Below, piece by piece: positions 19,618 to 28,093 of a DNA stretch of 53,327 nucleotides (position 1 is the first letter of the stretch; every line of letters begins with the position of its first letter). The position numbers were made by a program, and so were the translations under genes. The notes under the pieces are model-generated. The model was given only the letters and a program-made list of their open reading frames with translations, had not been told where the DNA came from and ran no database searches. The DNA lies in IMG/VR virus record IMGVR_UViG_3300025413_000034, positions 1 through 53,327 of that record, one strand, 5' to 3'. This stretch comes from a virus. Its lineage: Duplodnaviria; Caudoviricetes.

Positions 19618-19935
19618 TCAGTCAGCCTGAATGCCGATACTCTCTAAATACTTGTCTTTCTCTGTTAGGAGATAGGTCTTGATCTGTTCTTGTCGTTCTG
19701 CAATCTGTTCTTCTGTCTTGGTAATCATCTCTTCGTCTAATTCTTCCTTGTGCTCGTTAAACTGCTCTACTGCGTAGTCCAGTACTGATTGAAATCCTGC
19801 TGCTTGAATCTGGGCCGCAGTCCAGCGGTCCTCTGCTTCCTTATTGCGCTTTGCAATAAGTGCATCTAGTTGAAGAGCCTGACGCTCTTCGATCTTCTTC
19901 TGTCGGTTTGACTTATAAAGAGTCTCTTCGCTCAC
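19618..19935 (-). CDS. Hypothetical coiled-coil protein
   Basis: 105 aa charged ORF coupled to the protease gene. Confidence 0.55.
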   Translation of the reverse strand: MSEETLYKSNRQKKIEERQALQLDALIAKRNKEAEDRWTAAQIQAAGFQSVLDYAVEQFNEHKEELDEEMITKTEEQIAERQEQIKTYLLTEKDKYLESIGIQAD

Positions 19936-20480
19936 TTATATTGCTCCATAGTCGTTAGTGGTCCTGATGAGTAGACGCTAAACCTGCAAGCGATCTCAAC
20001 TGCTTCTTCTGGATTGGCTCCAGCCGCCAAAGCGCCCAATGCGTAGTTCTCTCCAGAACCCACAGCATACAGGCCATCGCCCGTTCTACAAACTGAGAGA
20101 TCATCAGCAACGTCGAATAACTCTCCGCAGACTGCGATCAAGAAGTGAAAGCGCTGCTCGTTAGCCTTGCCATCGCCCTTGCCCTCATTGAAGTCGTAGC
20201 CATTCTCTGTCAAACACTTGCGCATGGATGGCATCGCCTTGGTTATAACAAAATGATAAACGTCTTTTCTATCGGTGGCAGTAACCTTAGGTGGTACCCA
20301 GAAGTGCTGCACGATGTCGCATGGACTGACTTCACCACTGCCTGCAACTAAGAATGCGCCTCTTTGGGCGATCTTCTTCATATCAGGATGATTAAAGCGG
20401 CGACCTTGATCGTCAGTCACTTGATTGTCAGCAACAATGACGCATCTGTCTTCGTACTGGACTCCCACGATGGTTGTCAT
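19932..20480 (-). CDS. Proteasome-beta/HslV-like Ntn-hydrolase protease
   Basis: N-terminal catalytic Thr (MTTIVG), ADNQVT, KI and AVGSG..YALGAL. Confidence 0.85.
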   Translation of the reverse strand: MTTIVGVQYEDRCVIVADNQVTDDQGRRFNHPDMKKIAQRGAFLVAGSGEVSPCDIVQHFWVPPKVTATDRKDVYHFVITKAMPSMRKCLTENGYDFNEGKGDGKANEQRFHFLIAVCGELFDVADDLSVCRTGDGLYAVGSGENYALGALAAGANPEEAVEIACRFSVYSSGPLTTMEQYK

Positions 20481-20555
20481 CTCTACCCCCTAATAAGGAA
20501 CCACCCCAGAATACCAGTTCTGGAGGGGCTCCGAAAGGGTGTCGGAAATGTCCGA

Positions 20556-21101
20556 TTAGTCCAAATCTGAGTAGAAATGGCTTTTTTTGAGATTACAGAT
20601 TCCATGAGCGGGTCTTACGTTTTCTAGCGTATCTGGTCCACCTTTTGAGATAGGAACTAAATGGTCTATGTGAAAGCCTTTTTGCCACCCCTGTAATCCC
20701 ACCTGTCTTGGGGCTTCCAGGTCAATTTCCTCAAAGCACACATGGCAAATAACGCCGTAAGTTTCGAGTACTTGTTGCTCTAGGTATTTTTCATAGCCAT
20801 TTTCATGTTTTCTGGCTCTTCTTCTCCGTTTATGCTCTCTACTAACTTCTGGATGGTTTTCTCTAAACTTTTTCTGGGACTCTGCATTTTTTTCAGGGTT
20901 TTCTTTTGCCCATCTCATAGCCCGTTTTGAAGCAAGAGATTTTTGTTCTTGTACATACTCTGGGTTTAACTTTTTTAGTGTAGTTTTTCGCCAAATTTTC
21001 ATGTATTCATTTTTTGCAAACTTACAGGCATCACAAGGTACTTCTTTTGCATCGTAGTGTTTGTTATACCCTGTACGGGTCCCACAATACTCGTTCGTCA
21101 T
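20556..21101 (-). CDS. HNH endonuclease with N-terminal Zn motif
   Basis: CHVC, HIDHLVPISKGG.D...N....H..CN; N-terminal CGTRTGYNKH...CDAC. Confidence 0.9.
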   Translation of the reverse strand: MTNEYCGTRTGYNKHYDAKEVPCDACKFAKNEYMKIWRKTTLKKLNPEYVQEQKSLASKRAMRWAKENPEKNAESQKKFRENHPEVSREHKRRRRARKHENGYEKYLEQQVLETYGVICHVCFEEIDLEAPRQVGLQGWQKGFHIDHLVPISKGGPDTLENVRPAHGICNLKKSHFYSDLD

Positions 21102-21118
21102 CTTATGAGCATAACACC

Positions 21119-21928
21119 TTAATCAAGGTGTTTCATGATTTCAGCCCAAGTAGCAGGTCCTACGATTCCGTTAGAGTCTAGGTGATCGTGGCTATCCTGG
21201 ATAGCGATGACAGCCTTCTTGGTAGCAGGACCGTAATCGCCATCAGCGTCCAAATCAAGGGCTTGCTGGATCAACTTGACCCCATCACCCGTGTCCCCTG
21301 GCTTGATGGTCCCTGGGAAGGCTGGAAGGGCCTTAGGAGCCGCTGGGGTGGCTGGGTGGTCTGATGTTGCTCCAACGTAGTCTGGGCGCCCGAAACCGAC
21401 CACAGAGCACCATAGATGGCGCTTGTTATCGACCTTGTAGCCACGGACGTTCATGGCGCACTCGCCGCCGTTGTTAGGAGATCCCTTAGGCTTTGAGTCT
21501 GGGGTCGTGTTGCCTTCTACGGTGGTGATGGTGCCATCGCCGTTGTCCTTGACCACGATACCTACGTGCTGGATTGGGCTATTAGGAAGGGCGTGAGGAA
21601 CGAAGGAGAAATAGACGAGGTCTCCTGGCTGTGGGTGAGCATTTGCTGCATCTGCCCACTTACCAGCCTTCTTGAAAGCCGCGACTCCGTTTGGAGTGTA
21701 GACAGTGTTAGGAATAGTTACACCAGCCTGCTTAGCGCACCACATCATGAGTGAGCCGCACCATGCCTGGAAGTTAGCGCCAGTAAATGCGCCGTAGAGT
21801 GTCTCGTTATCCTTTGGACCCTCAATAACGCCAACCTGTGACTTAGCAACTTCGAGCATACGAGCCGCTGTTCCTGGTTGTGCGGTTGTTACTGGTGGTA
21901 CTGGATTTCCTACATTACCTAGTGCCAT
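21119..21928 (-). CDS. Endolysin (CHAP domain plus peptidoglycan-binding domain)
   Basis: WCG, PQPGDLVYF, HVGIV and TVEGNT; C-terminal ADGDYGPAT...GIVGPATW. Confidence 0.9.
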   Translation of the reverse strand: MALGNVGNPVPPVTTAQPGTAARMLEVAKSQVGVIEGPKDNETLYGAFTGANFQAWCGSLMMWCAKQAGVTIPNTVYTPNGVAAFKKAGKWADAANAHPQPGDLVYFSFVPHALPNSPIQHVGIVVKDNGDGTITTVEGNTTPDSKPKGSPNNGGECAMNVRGYKVDNKRHLWCSVVGFGRPDYVGATSDHPATPAAPKALPAFPGTIKPGDTGDGVKLIQQALDLDADGDYGPATKKAVIAIQDSHDHLDSNGIVGPATWAEIMKHLD

Positions 21929-21946
21929 TCTTATTCCTTTTCTTTA

Positions 21947-22312
21947 TTAATGGTGGAAATGTTCTCCGTCAATAGTCGTATGTTCCATATCTGGATATTG
22001 GTTATGATCATGATGATGTAATGCAATTAGTTCACGATGCGACAACTCATGATCATAGTTAGGGTCAATTGGACGAACACCTGGAATGTGAGAGTCTTCA
22101 TGGGTATTGCGGTACTGAGCATGCCGACCCATCATATGGCCATTATTAGACTGAAGATGGTCAAGAAGATCTTGGTGGTCATGAGTGTGTACGGAACGAG
22201 TGCGCTCAATCTCAGCACCTGCAGCAGCCATTCTGCCTGCTTCGTGCATACGCTGATAAGCAGCAATGTCTTCTGGGTCTAGATGGATCTCAAAATCTTC
22301 GCTCATGCCCAC
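21947..22312 (-). CDS. His-rich hypothetical protein
   Basis: Many His residues and a C-terminal HFHH; exact start uncertain. Confidence 0.5.
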   Translation of the reverse strand: MGMSEDFEIHLDPEDIAAYQRMHEAGRMAAAGAEIERTRSVHTHDHQDLLDHLQSNNGHMMGRHAQYRNTHEDSHIPGVRPIDPNYDHELSHRELIALHHHDHNQYPDMEHTTIDGEHFHH

Positions 22313-22339
22313 ATTGTGACAGTGTGATAGGTTTGCCAC

Positions 22340-22840
22340 ATGTCAAAAGTAGTAAAATTAAGCAAAGAAGAAGTAAGAGCCTGCGCAGATATTGCCCTTA
22401 ATCGCTGGATGATGAAGTGGGGATCTGTAGACCGCCCTAATTATGCAGGAGACAATAAGGCTAAGTTAGAGCCAGAGATTGCCGCCAACGTCAGAACGAT
22501 CGTTGCTGAGTATGCCGTAGCCAAACTCTACAAGCAGTCATTTACATTTCCCTTTTACACCAATGAAGAGCACCCATTTAGAAAAGACATTGCTGATGTG
22601 GGCACAAACATTGAAGTCAAATCCATCCGCACTCGTGATGAGATTCCAGTCTTTCCTAAAGATATACGACCTGGATGGCTGCTCGTGGGCGCTCGCGTGC
22701 TAGACCGCGACTACTACTCAGAGGTAGAGGTATTTGGTTGGATTAAGATGGAGGATGTGCAACGTGATGAGTGGCTCTATGCGCCAGAAGGTTCGTGGAG
22801 AATCCCACTAGATCAGTTTAGCGACGAGCCTATCGCTTAG
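22340..22840 (+). CDS. Putative PD-(D/E)XK-fold protein
   Basis: AEYAVAK...ADVG.NIEVKS motif; leaderless promoter upstream. Confidence 0.55.
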   Translation: MSKVVKLSKEEVRACADIALNRWMMKWGSVDRPNYAGDNKAKLEPEIAANVRTIVAEYAVAKLYKQSFTFPFYTNEEHPFRKDIADVGTNIEVKSIRTRDEIPVFPKDIRPGWLLVGARVLDRDYYSEVEVFGWIKMEDVQRDEWLYAPEGSWRIPLDQFSDEPIA

Positions 22841-23042
22841 GCTCCCAGTGCTTATGCTCCTGGCCTTCTTGGAATGCGCCATCAGCATGCATCTGGTTAT
22901 GCATCTCTTCAATCTCAGAAGGACCAACGCCACCCCAACCTTGGGCTGGAGCACCCTTGTGATAACTGTGGATGTGCCACTTCGTTAGATGACGGCTATT
23001 AGGCTTTGGAACCCACTTAGTCTTCTTTGGCTCTTCGATCAT
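22830..23042 (-). CDS. His-rich hypothetical protein
   Basis: 70 aa ORF. Confidence 0.5.
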   Translation of the reverse strand: MIEEPKKTKWVPKPNSRHLTKWHIHSYHKGAPAQGWGGVGPSEIEEMHNQMHADGAFQEGQEHKHWEPKR

Positions 23043-23205
23043 TTGGCAATCTCACAGATGCACTTGCAGGAATCAACCACACAGACGCCGCTCTCCATGT
23101 CATGGAAGCACTTGCTGCACTTGAAGGTGATGGTCATAGCAGAAGTATGAAACACGGGGCGCAATTTTATTTGTCAAAGTCTCGCGCCCCCTGGGTTATT
23201 TCTTC

Positions 23206-23550
23206 TCAGATATCAGTACGACCATAATCATCATCCAACCTGACGATATCGCTCTCAACCAAGACATTACCTAACTGCACCTCAATAAAGGTGAGAGGGT
23301 TAGTACCTGTATTGGCAATACGGTGAGCGTCGCCAATTTCAATCACGAAGGCATCACCCACACGGCAGTCGGCTTGCTCCCCATTAAATGTCACCGTCCC
23401 ATGACCTTCCACAATCACCCAGTACTCGGCTCTATGCTCATGCGTCTGGTAGGAGAGTCTCTGGCCAGGTTCTACCGTGATGGTCTTTATCTGGTGGTTA
23501 AGTTTTGTATGAAGTACGTCGTAGGTTCCCCATGGGCGGATTTCAGTCAT
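23206..23550 (-). CDS. Mannose-6-phosphate isomerase type II cupin domain protein
   Basis: RPWGTY, PGQRLSYQTHEHRAEYW, HRIAN, IEVQLG and DIVRLDDDYGR. Confidence 0.9.
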   Translation of the reverse strand: MTEIRPWGTYDVLHTKLNHQIKTITVEPGQRLSYQTHEHRAEYWVIVEGHGTVTFNGEQADCRVGDAFVIEIGDAHRIANTGTNPLTFIEVQLGNVLVESDIVRLDDDYGRTDI

Positions 23551-23786
23551 TTCTTCTCCTCTTGATTTTCGGGCGCTTCTTCTGGAATATAGCGATCTTC
23601 TAGGTAGAACATATAGTCAGTGATTGTCTCAATCTGTTGGACGAGATTGCCATCATGAGAGGCGTCGCTTTTCAGGTCGAGTAACTTCTCTAGTACTAAC
23701 TTCTTGTAGTCCATTATCGGTTCACCATATAGACGGCCAGGATGCTCACGGCGATTACTGCTACTAGCAAGTAGGGTAGATACTTC

Positions 23787-23942
23787 TCAATGTTCACAGT
23801 TCTCCTTCATCCATTGGGCGAAGTACTCAGCGGCCTCCACCTCATCGATCGATTCGTCATGACCCTCTTCTGCCAGGTACTCGATGAAGTCCTCATCAGC
23901 CACCATGACAGGAAGTGCTAGGCCGATATCAATAAGTTCCAT
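23787..23942 (-). CDS. Small acidic protein, 51 aa (not in ORF track)
   Basis: Manual translation MELIDIGLALPVMVADEDFIEYLAEEGHDESIDEVEAAEYFAQWMKENCEH; TAATG coupling. Confidence 0.55.
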   Translation of the reverse strand: MELIDIGLALPVMVADEDFIEYLAEEGHDESIDEVEAAEYFAQWMKENCEH

Positions 23943-24130
23943 TATGGCTTCACCGTCTTCTCTAGATACTCGACGACGTCACAATCCACATCACACAAAT
24001 CGAGAGAGATAATCTCTGCCAGATACTCGGAGGCGATTGACTTCCTGATATTTCCTACTAATTCTTCGCCAAGGTCTAGATCTACGTACTTGACCCATGG
24101 CTTTCTCAATGTATATCCGAAGATCCTCAT
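23942..24130 (-). CDS. Hypothetical protein
   Basis: 62 aa, coupled to the HNH gene. Confidence 0.55.
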   Translation of the reverse strand: MRIFGYTLRKPWVKYVDLDLGEELVGNIRKSIASEYLAEIISLDLCDVDCDVVEYLEKTVKP

Positions 24131-24576
24131 TCTCTTCCCGCCTCTACTTCCTTGCGCAGGATGCGCCGCTTGTGCGTCCTGGTTCTATGATGGTTAGCGC
24201 AGACTATATCGCATTTCTCTAATTCAACCATCACCTCTTGGAGCGTGTTGGTGCGATACATCTTGGAGATCTCATTGGATTTGGCGCCCTTCACGTGGTC
24301 GGCATCCAGTACGTAGTACGGATGCATGCCAGGATAGCCCTCGTCGCGGCAGTCTTGACAGCCTCGCTCTTCTTTATATGTATTGATGAAGTTCTTGAGG
24401 TTGAGGCGGTAGGTGCGACCGCGCTTGATGGTCTTCTCTTTCTGGCCCTTACCGAACCAGTATGATAATGTGCCTTTAGATAGCCCAGTTATCTGTTGAA
24501 TGGTGCGAAATGATTTGCCCTCAGCCCGTAATGCGAACATGAGTTCTTTCTGTTCATCAGTAGTCTTATATCCCAT
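24127..24576 (-). CDS. HTH plus HNH endonuclease
   Basis: GKSFRTIQQITGLSKGTLSYW helix-turn-helix; CQDC, LDADH and KCDIVCANHHRTRT. Confidence 0.8.
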   Translation of the reverse strand: MGYKTTDEQKELMFALRAEGKSFRTIQQITGLSKGTLSYWFGKGQKEKTIKRGRTYRLNLKNFINTYKEERGCQDCRDEGYPGMHPYYVLDADHVKGAKSNEISKMYRTNTLQEVMVELEKCDIVCANHHRTRTHKRRILRKEVEAGRE

Positions 24577-24582
24577 GGGTTC

Positions 24583-24611
24583 AACGTAGTACGATGTATT
24601 GAACCTGTCAA
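24583..24611 (-). promoter_or_regulatory. SigA-type promoter for a leaderless HNH transcript
   Basis: TTGACA, 17 nt, TACGTT, 6 nt, ATG(24576). Confidence 0.7.
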
Positions 24612-24614
24612 TTG

Positions 24615-24685
24615 CTCCCTGGCCTGGATTCGAACCAAGATACTCGCCTCCAAAGGGCGATGTCCTACCGTTAGACGACCTGGGA
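24615..24685 (-). tRNA. tRNA-Gln(UUG)
   Basis: Cloverleaf: anticodon arm TCGCC-CTTTGGA-GGCGA, T-loop TTCGAAT, D-arm GTC...GAC; CCA not encoded. Confidence 0.9.
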
Positions 24686-24808
24686 TAGGAGAGTGATCCT
24701 AGCCCAAACTGTTGGCGGCTACAGGTGTATCTGTTGGGGCAGTTCCGATGTCATCTGACTCAGTCCGCATCTGTTGCAGATGGTTTTGAAACTCTTCTCT
24801 AGAGAGCA

Positions 24809-25018
24809 TTACTCTTTGCGCCAAACTCTGATGACCTGCTCTGGATCATACTCAGTAATACCTGGGGCTTTTGATCCCCGTAACTTATGGGCGGCTACCA
24901 TCTTGTCACCGATCATCTTTGCCGCATGGACACGAAGTTTACCCGCAGCATCTAAACGATCTCCTGGCTGTATCTCCTTGGCAGGGATATTAAATTGCTT
25001 ATGGTTGAGGTTGCTCAT
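24809..25018 (-). CDS. Small protein with NLNHKQF leader
   Basis: 69 aa; last gene of the coupled cassette. Confidence 0.65.
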   Translation of the reverse strand: MSNLNHKQFNIPAKEIQPGDRLDAAGKLRVHAAKMIGDKMVAAHKLRGSKAPGITEYDPEQVIRVWRKE

Positions 25019-25497
25019 CAGTACTCGACCTTGCCAGAGACGCGGATATTAGGATGCTTCTGGCCTACCTTGCCCATGATGTGGCCTACTGCTGGATCCA
25101 TCATCTTGCCAAAATTTACAGCAGAAGGATTATGGGTATTGATCAAGGTCTCAAGGGCGGTTTGAGCCACGCCACTGCCTTGCAGATGGTTTCTTGTCTT
25201 CATGTAGTGGATGTGTATGGCATCGCCGTGCTTCTCGTAGTCAACGAATCCAGCGGCATTCTCTCCTGCGCCTGGTTTGACTTCTACCTTTGGCTTCTTC
25301 AATGGCTTACCAGTTTTGCCGCGACTCACTACTCGCTGCGTCTCATCGAGGTAACTCTCTGGCTTCTCTACGCCAGCAGTGGCCTCAGGGTGGCGCACCA
25401 CCAGTCTCTGCACAGGCCCTGATGATGCTGGGTAGGTGAGAGGACTGGTTGTATGGTCAATATCAAATTGCTCAGGGTTGAGGTTACGTGGACTCAT
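25018..25497 (-). CDS. GNAT-like acetyltransferase with NLNPEQF leader
   Basis: AGFVDY...IHIHYM...HLQGSGVAQ acetyl-CoA-binding motif. Confidence 0.65.
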   Translation of the reverse strand: MSPRNLNPEQFDIDHTTSPLTYPASSGPVQRLVVRHPEATAGVEKPESYLDETQRVVSRGKTGKPLKKPKVEVKPGAGENAAGFVDYEKHGDAIHIHYMKTRNHLQGSGVAQTALETLINTHNPSAVNFGKMMDPAVGHIMGKVGQKHPNIRVSGKVEY

Positions 25498-25787
25498 TTG
25501 TTCTCTCCTTTATACCCGTTGATCCAAGCGTCGCCCTCTTCTGTCCTTACATCCGAATGAACGGGTTTTGTAATTCCTTTATCTTCCGCAATTTCGTGAG
25601 CCTTGTCCCATAGAGCGGTCGCTACACCCTTACGACGATGTTCAGGGTTGACCATAAGACCCCGTACATCACCCTCTTCTTTCGTCCACTCTATACCGCC
25701 GACCTTTGTGTCACCTGATGTAGCGTAAATACGGTGCTTTGAAGGTGTTTCCTCATAGTTGAACTGAAGATTGCTTAGGGCGCTCAT
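25494..25787 (-). CDS. GNAT acetyltransferase with LSNLQF leader
   Basis: LMVNPEHRRKGVATALW; RTEEGDAW. Confidence 0.8.
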   Translation of the reverse strand: MSALSNLQFNYEETPSKHRIYATSGDTKVGGIEWTKEEGDVRGLMVNPEHRRKGVATALWDKAHEIAEDKGITKPVHSDVRTEEGDAWINGYKGENK

Positions 25788-26170
25788 TCTTTAGTCTCTT
25801 TAGGTGGAGTGCGTTTTACTACGGATTTTTTGACTCTTCCACGTGGTTCAATGTCCTTGGGTTCTGCAAAGGTACGTGGACGCGACACTGGAAGTTTGCT
25901 TTTAATCTTAAAACCTTTTTTACTGATATAGACGTTAGGCATTGAAAACTTCTCAGTGTGCTCGTCTGGCTCAACCTCGTACACGTTCTTACCGTAGAGT
26001 TGTGCTTCCGATAAATCCGTTGTCGCAAAAGCCACGTGTTTTCCTACTATATCTTTATTATTGTCAAAGCCTTGAAGCCTAGCCTCTACCATGCCTGGTA
26101 CCTTGATGTGAGTATTGCTTCCATGGTAGAGTTTAAACTGGTTACCCGACAAGTTATCTTCGGCGCTCAT
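25784..26170 (-). CDS. ADP-ribosyltransferase-like protein with NLSGNQF leader
   Basis: LYHGS...AFATTD...A..YG..VYEVEP resembles the Arr/ART catalytic motifs. Confidence 0.6.
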   Translation of the reverse strand: MSAEDNLSGNQFKLYHGSNTHIKVPGMVEARLQGFDNNKDIVGKHVAFATTDLSEAQLYGKNVYEVEPDEHTEKFSMPNVYISKKGFKIKSKLPVSRPRTFAEPKDIEPRGRVKKSVVKRTPPKETKE

Positions 26171-26673
26171 CCTTGTAACTCCCTAAAGTGACCAGGATGT
26201 AATTCCTTGGGTTGGTAGGTATCTCCTGGAAAGTTTGCCCAACTTCTTGTCAAAGTTAATGGAGATCCAATTCCCTTTTTCTTTCGTGTTGCAATACCGC
26301 CACCGTAGCCTGTAGACCATACAGTTACAGGGACATGGGTATGTCCTGCTTGTTCAGCCGCAAGAAGGCGATGATGGCCTTCTCCCAAATACCCCCACTG
26401 ATGTTCAGTATTATGTTCAAGAACCAATGGCTCTCTAATAACGCCACCCTTGCGTAATTCATCGGCGATGTTGTTGATGCGTTCTGCACTATCAGGCTGT
26501 GACTCAGCCCCCTGACGATTAAACTCTGTGTATCTCTTCATGACAGATACAGGGATCATTTTGGTAATAGAACGTGATGTATCGCCCTCCATATGACCCA
26601 AACCACCAGATCGAATGATGTTGGTGCCTTCAGGAACAGGAACACCAAATTGATTAGGGTTGAGGGCGCTCAT
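26167..26673 (-). CDS. ParB/Srx-like nuclease-fold protein with LNPNQF leader
   Basis: IREPLVL...LGEGHHRLLAA...VPV. Confidence 0.75.
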   Translation of the reverse strand: MSALNPNQFGVPVPEGTNIIRSGGLGHMEGDTSRSITKMIPVSVMKRYTEFNRQGAESQPDSAERINNIADELRKGGVIREPLVLEHNTEHQWGYLGEGHHRLLAAEQAGHTHVPVTVWSTGYGGGIATRKKKGIGSPLTLTRSWANFPGDTYQPKELHPGHFRELQG

Positions 26674-26912
26674 GGATTCTGCTTCTTATGCGCTTCCCAG
26701 GCTTCGCTAATTCCTTTTTTGTCTGCGTAATGCCATTGATCTACTGGCTTATTGCCTAGACCTGGATTTACATCTGTTGGGTGCTTAATGCTATAGGTAT
26801 CGCAGTGTTCACAGCCAAGATTTACTCCACCATTGGTTATAAACTTCACCATCTTGTGGCGGCGCTTGCCTGACTTGGTAAATTGCTTGCCTAGGTTCTC
26901 TTCAGCGCTCAT
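26670..26912 (-). CDS. Small protein with NLGKQF leader and CxxC
   Basis: 80 aa; ATGA coupling. Confidence 0.6.
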   Translation of the reverse strand: MSAEENLGKQFTKSGKRRHKMVKFITNGGVNLGCEHCDTYSIKHPTDVNPGLGNKPVDQWHYADKKGISEAWEAHKKQNP

Positions 26913-27073
26913 TTCACGTCCTTACAGGCCTTGCAGCCACATTGTAGGTTGACACATGGGCAATCCTCGTCAGATGGCAGTAAACCGCTGCCTCTGCACC
27001 ACTCACAGGCTGTCATATGGTGATTATGTCAGAGAGAGGTTTGTTACACACTCTATGTGTTAGGCTACTATCT

Positions 27074-28093
27074 ATGAACCCATCCGTCATTCGTGAGATC
27101 TGTGGAACTGAATCAGGCTACAGAAAACATAGAAGAGAAGATGAGAAGCGCTGTGAGGAGTGCACCGTTGCTCATAACGAGCACCGCCGCAAGACATACA
27201 CCCCTGATAAGCAGAGGGCTCACAAAGAGAAGTATGAAGAGAAGGTCATCAAGCCAGCCCGCATCGCTCGCAAGAAGGCGCAGGAAGAGGCTAGGGCTAA
27301 AAAGAAAGCGGAGGCTCTGGCTCGCAAAGAGGAGAGACGACAGCGCGGCATCTTGTACAAACAAGAGAAGGAACGCCGTCGTATTGCTCATCAGGAGAAG
27401 TTACTGGCTATTGCTGAGCGTAAACGCATAGAGCGTGAGGGTATAGAGCAGCGTAAGGCTGAGAAGGCGTTACTCAGAGAGAAAAAACTCCTAGAGAAAA
27501 AACTCCTAGAGGCCGAGAATAAGCGTATAGCCAGAGAAGAGAGAAAGCAACGCTCGCTAGAACGCCAGGCTCGCCTTGCCGCTGAAAAAGAGGCTAAAGC
27601 CCTAGAGAAGGCTAAAAAGCAGGAGATGCTCAATAACCAACACGGAGTTACTGTGGGTGACTACGACCGTTGCCGTAAAAATAACAATGGCAATGCCTGC
27701 GGCCTCTGCAAGGGTGTCGTGAATGCCTATGTGTCTCAAAAATCCAAGGAACCTGCATATAAAGACAGGGAAAAAGAGTGGAGAAAGAACAACCCACATC
27801 GTAGACCCCACAGTAACCGTGAGAGAGCCATTAAACGGGGCGTGCCTACCCAGTACTACACCCGTCAACAGATCATTGACCGTGATGGTACGGACTGCTA
27901 CCTCTGCCATCTACCCCTTGACTTTGAGGCAAACCACGTCCAAGGCCAGCCTGGGTGGGAGTTATACCCTCATGTAGAGCATGTGGTGCCCCTTGCCAAG
28001 GGCGGTCATGACATCCTTGATAACGTCAAGTTAGCCCATGCCAAATGCAACATCGACAAGGGCGTGAAACTCATAGAAAAGGCTACTGTCTGA
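27074..28093 (+). CDS. HNH endonuclease with long charged coiled coil and two Zn motifs
   Basis: C-terminal CYLC...HVEHVVPLAKGG.D...N....H..CN; N-terminal CGTESGYRKH; start inferred from a leaderless TGtTAGGCT promoter. Confidence 0.85.
   Translation: MNPSVIREICGTESGYRKHRREDEKRCEECTVAHNEHRRKTYTPDKQRAHKEKYEEKVIKPARIARKKAQEEARAKKKAEALARKEERRQRGILYKQEKERRRIAHQEKLLAIAERKRIEREGIEQRKAEKALLREKKLLEKKLLEAENKRIAREERKQRSLERQARLAAEKEAKALEKAKKQEMLNNQHGVTVGDYDRCRKNNNGNACGLCKGVVNAYVSQKSKEPAYKDREKEWRKNNPHRRPHSNRERAIKRGVPTQYYTRQQIIDRDGTDCYLCHLPLDFEANHVQGQPGWELYPHVEHVVPLAKGGHDILDNVKLAHAKCNIDKGVKLIEKATV

Noticed and set aside
27478-27512. 15-bp tandem duplication (EKKLL twice)
   Set aside because: Ordinary in-frame slippage within a coiled coil
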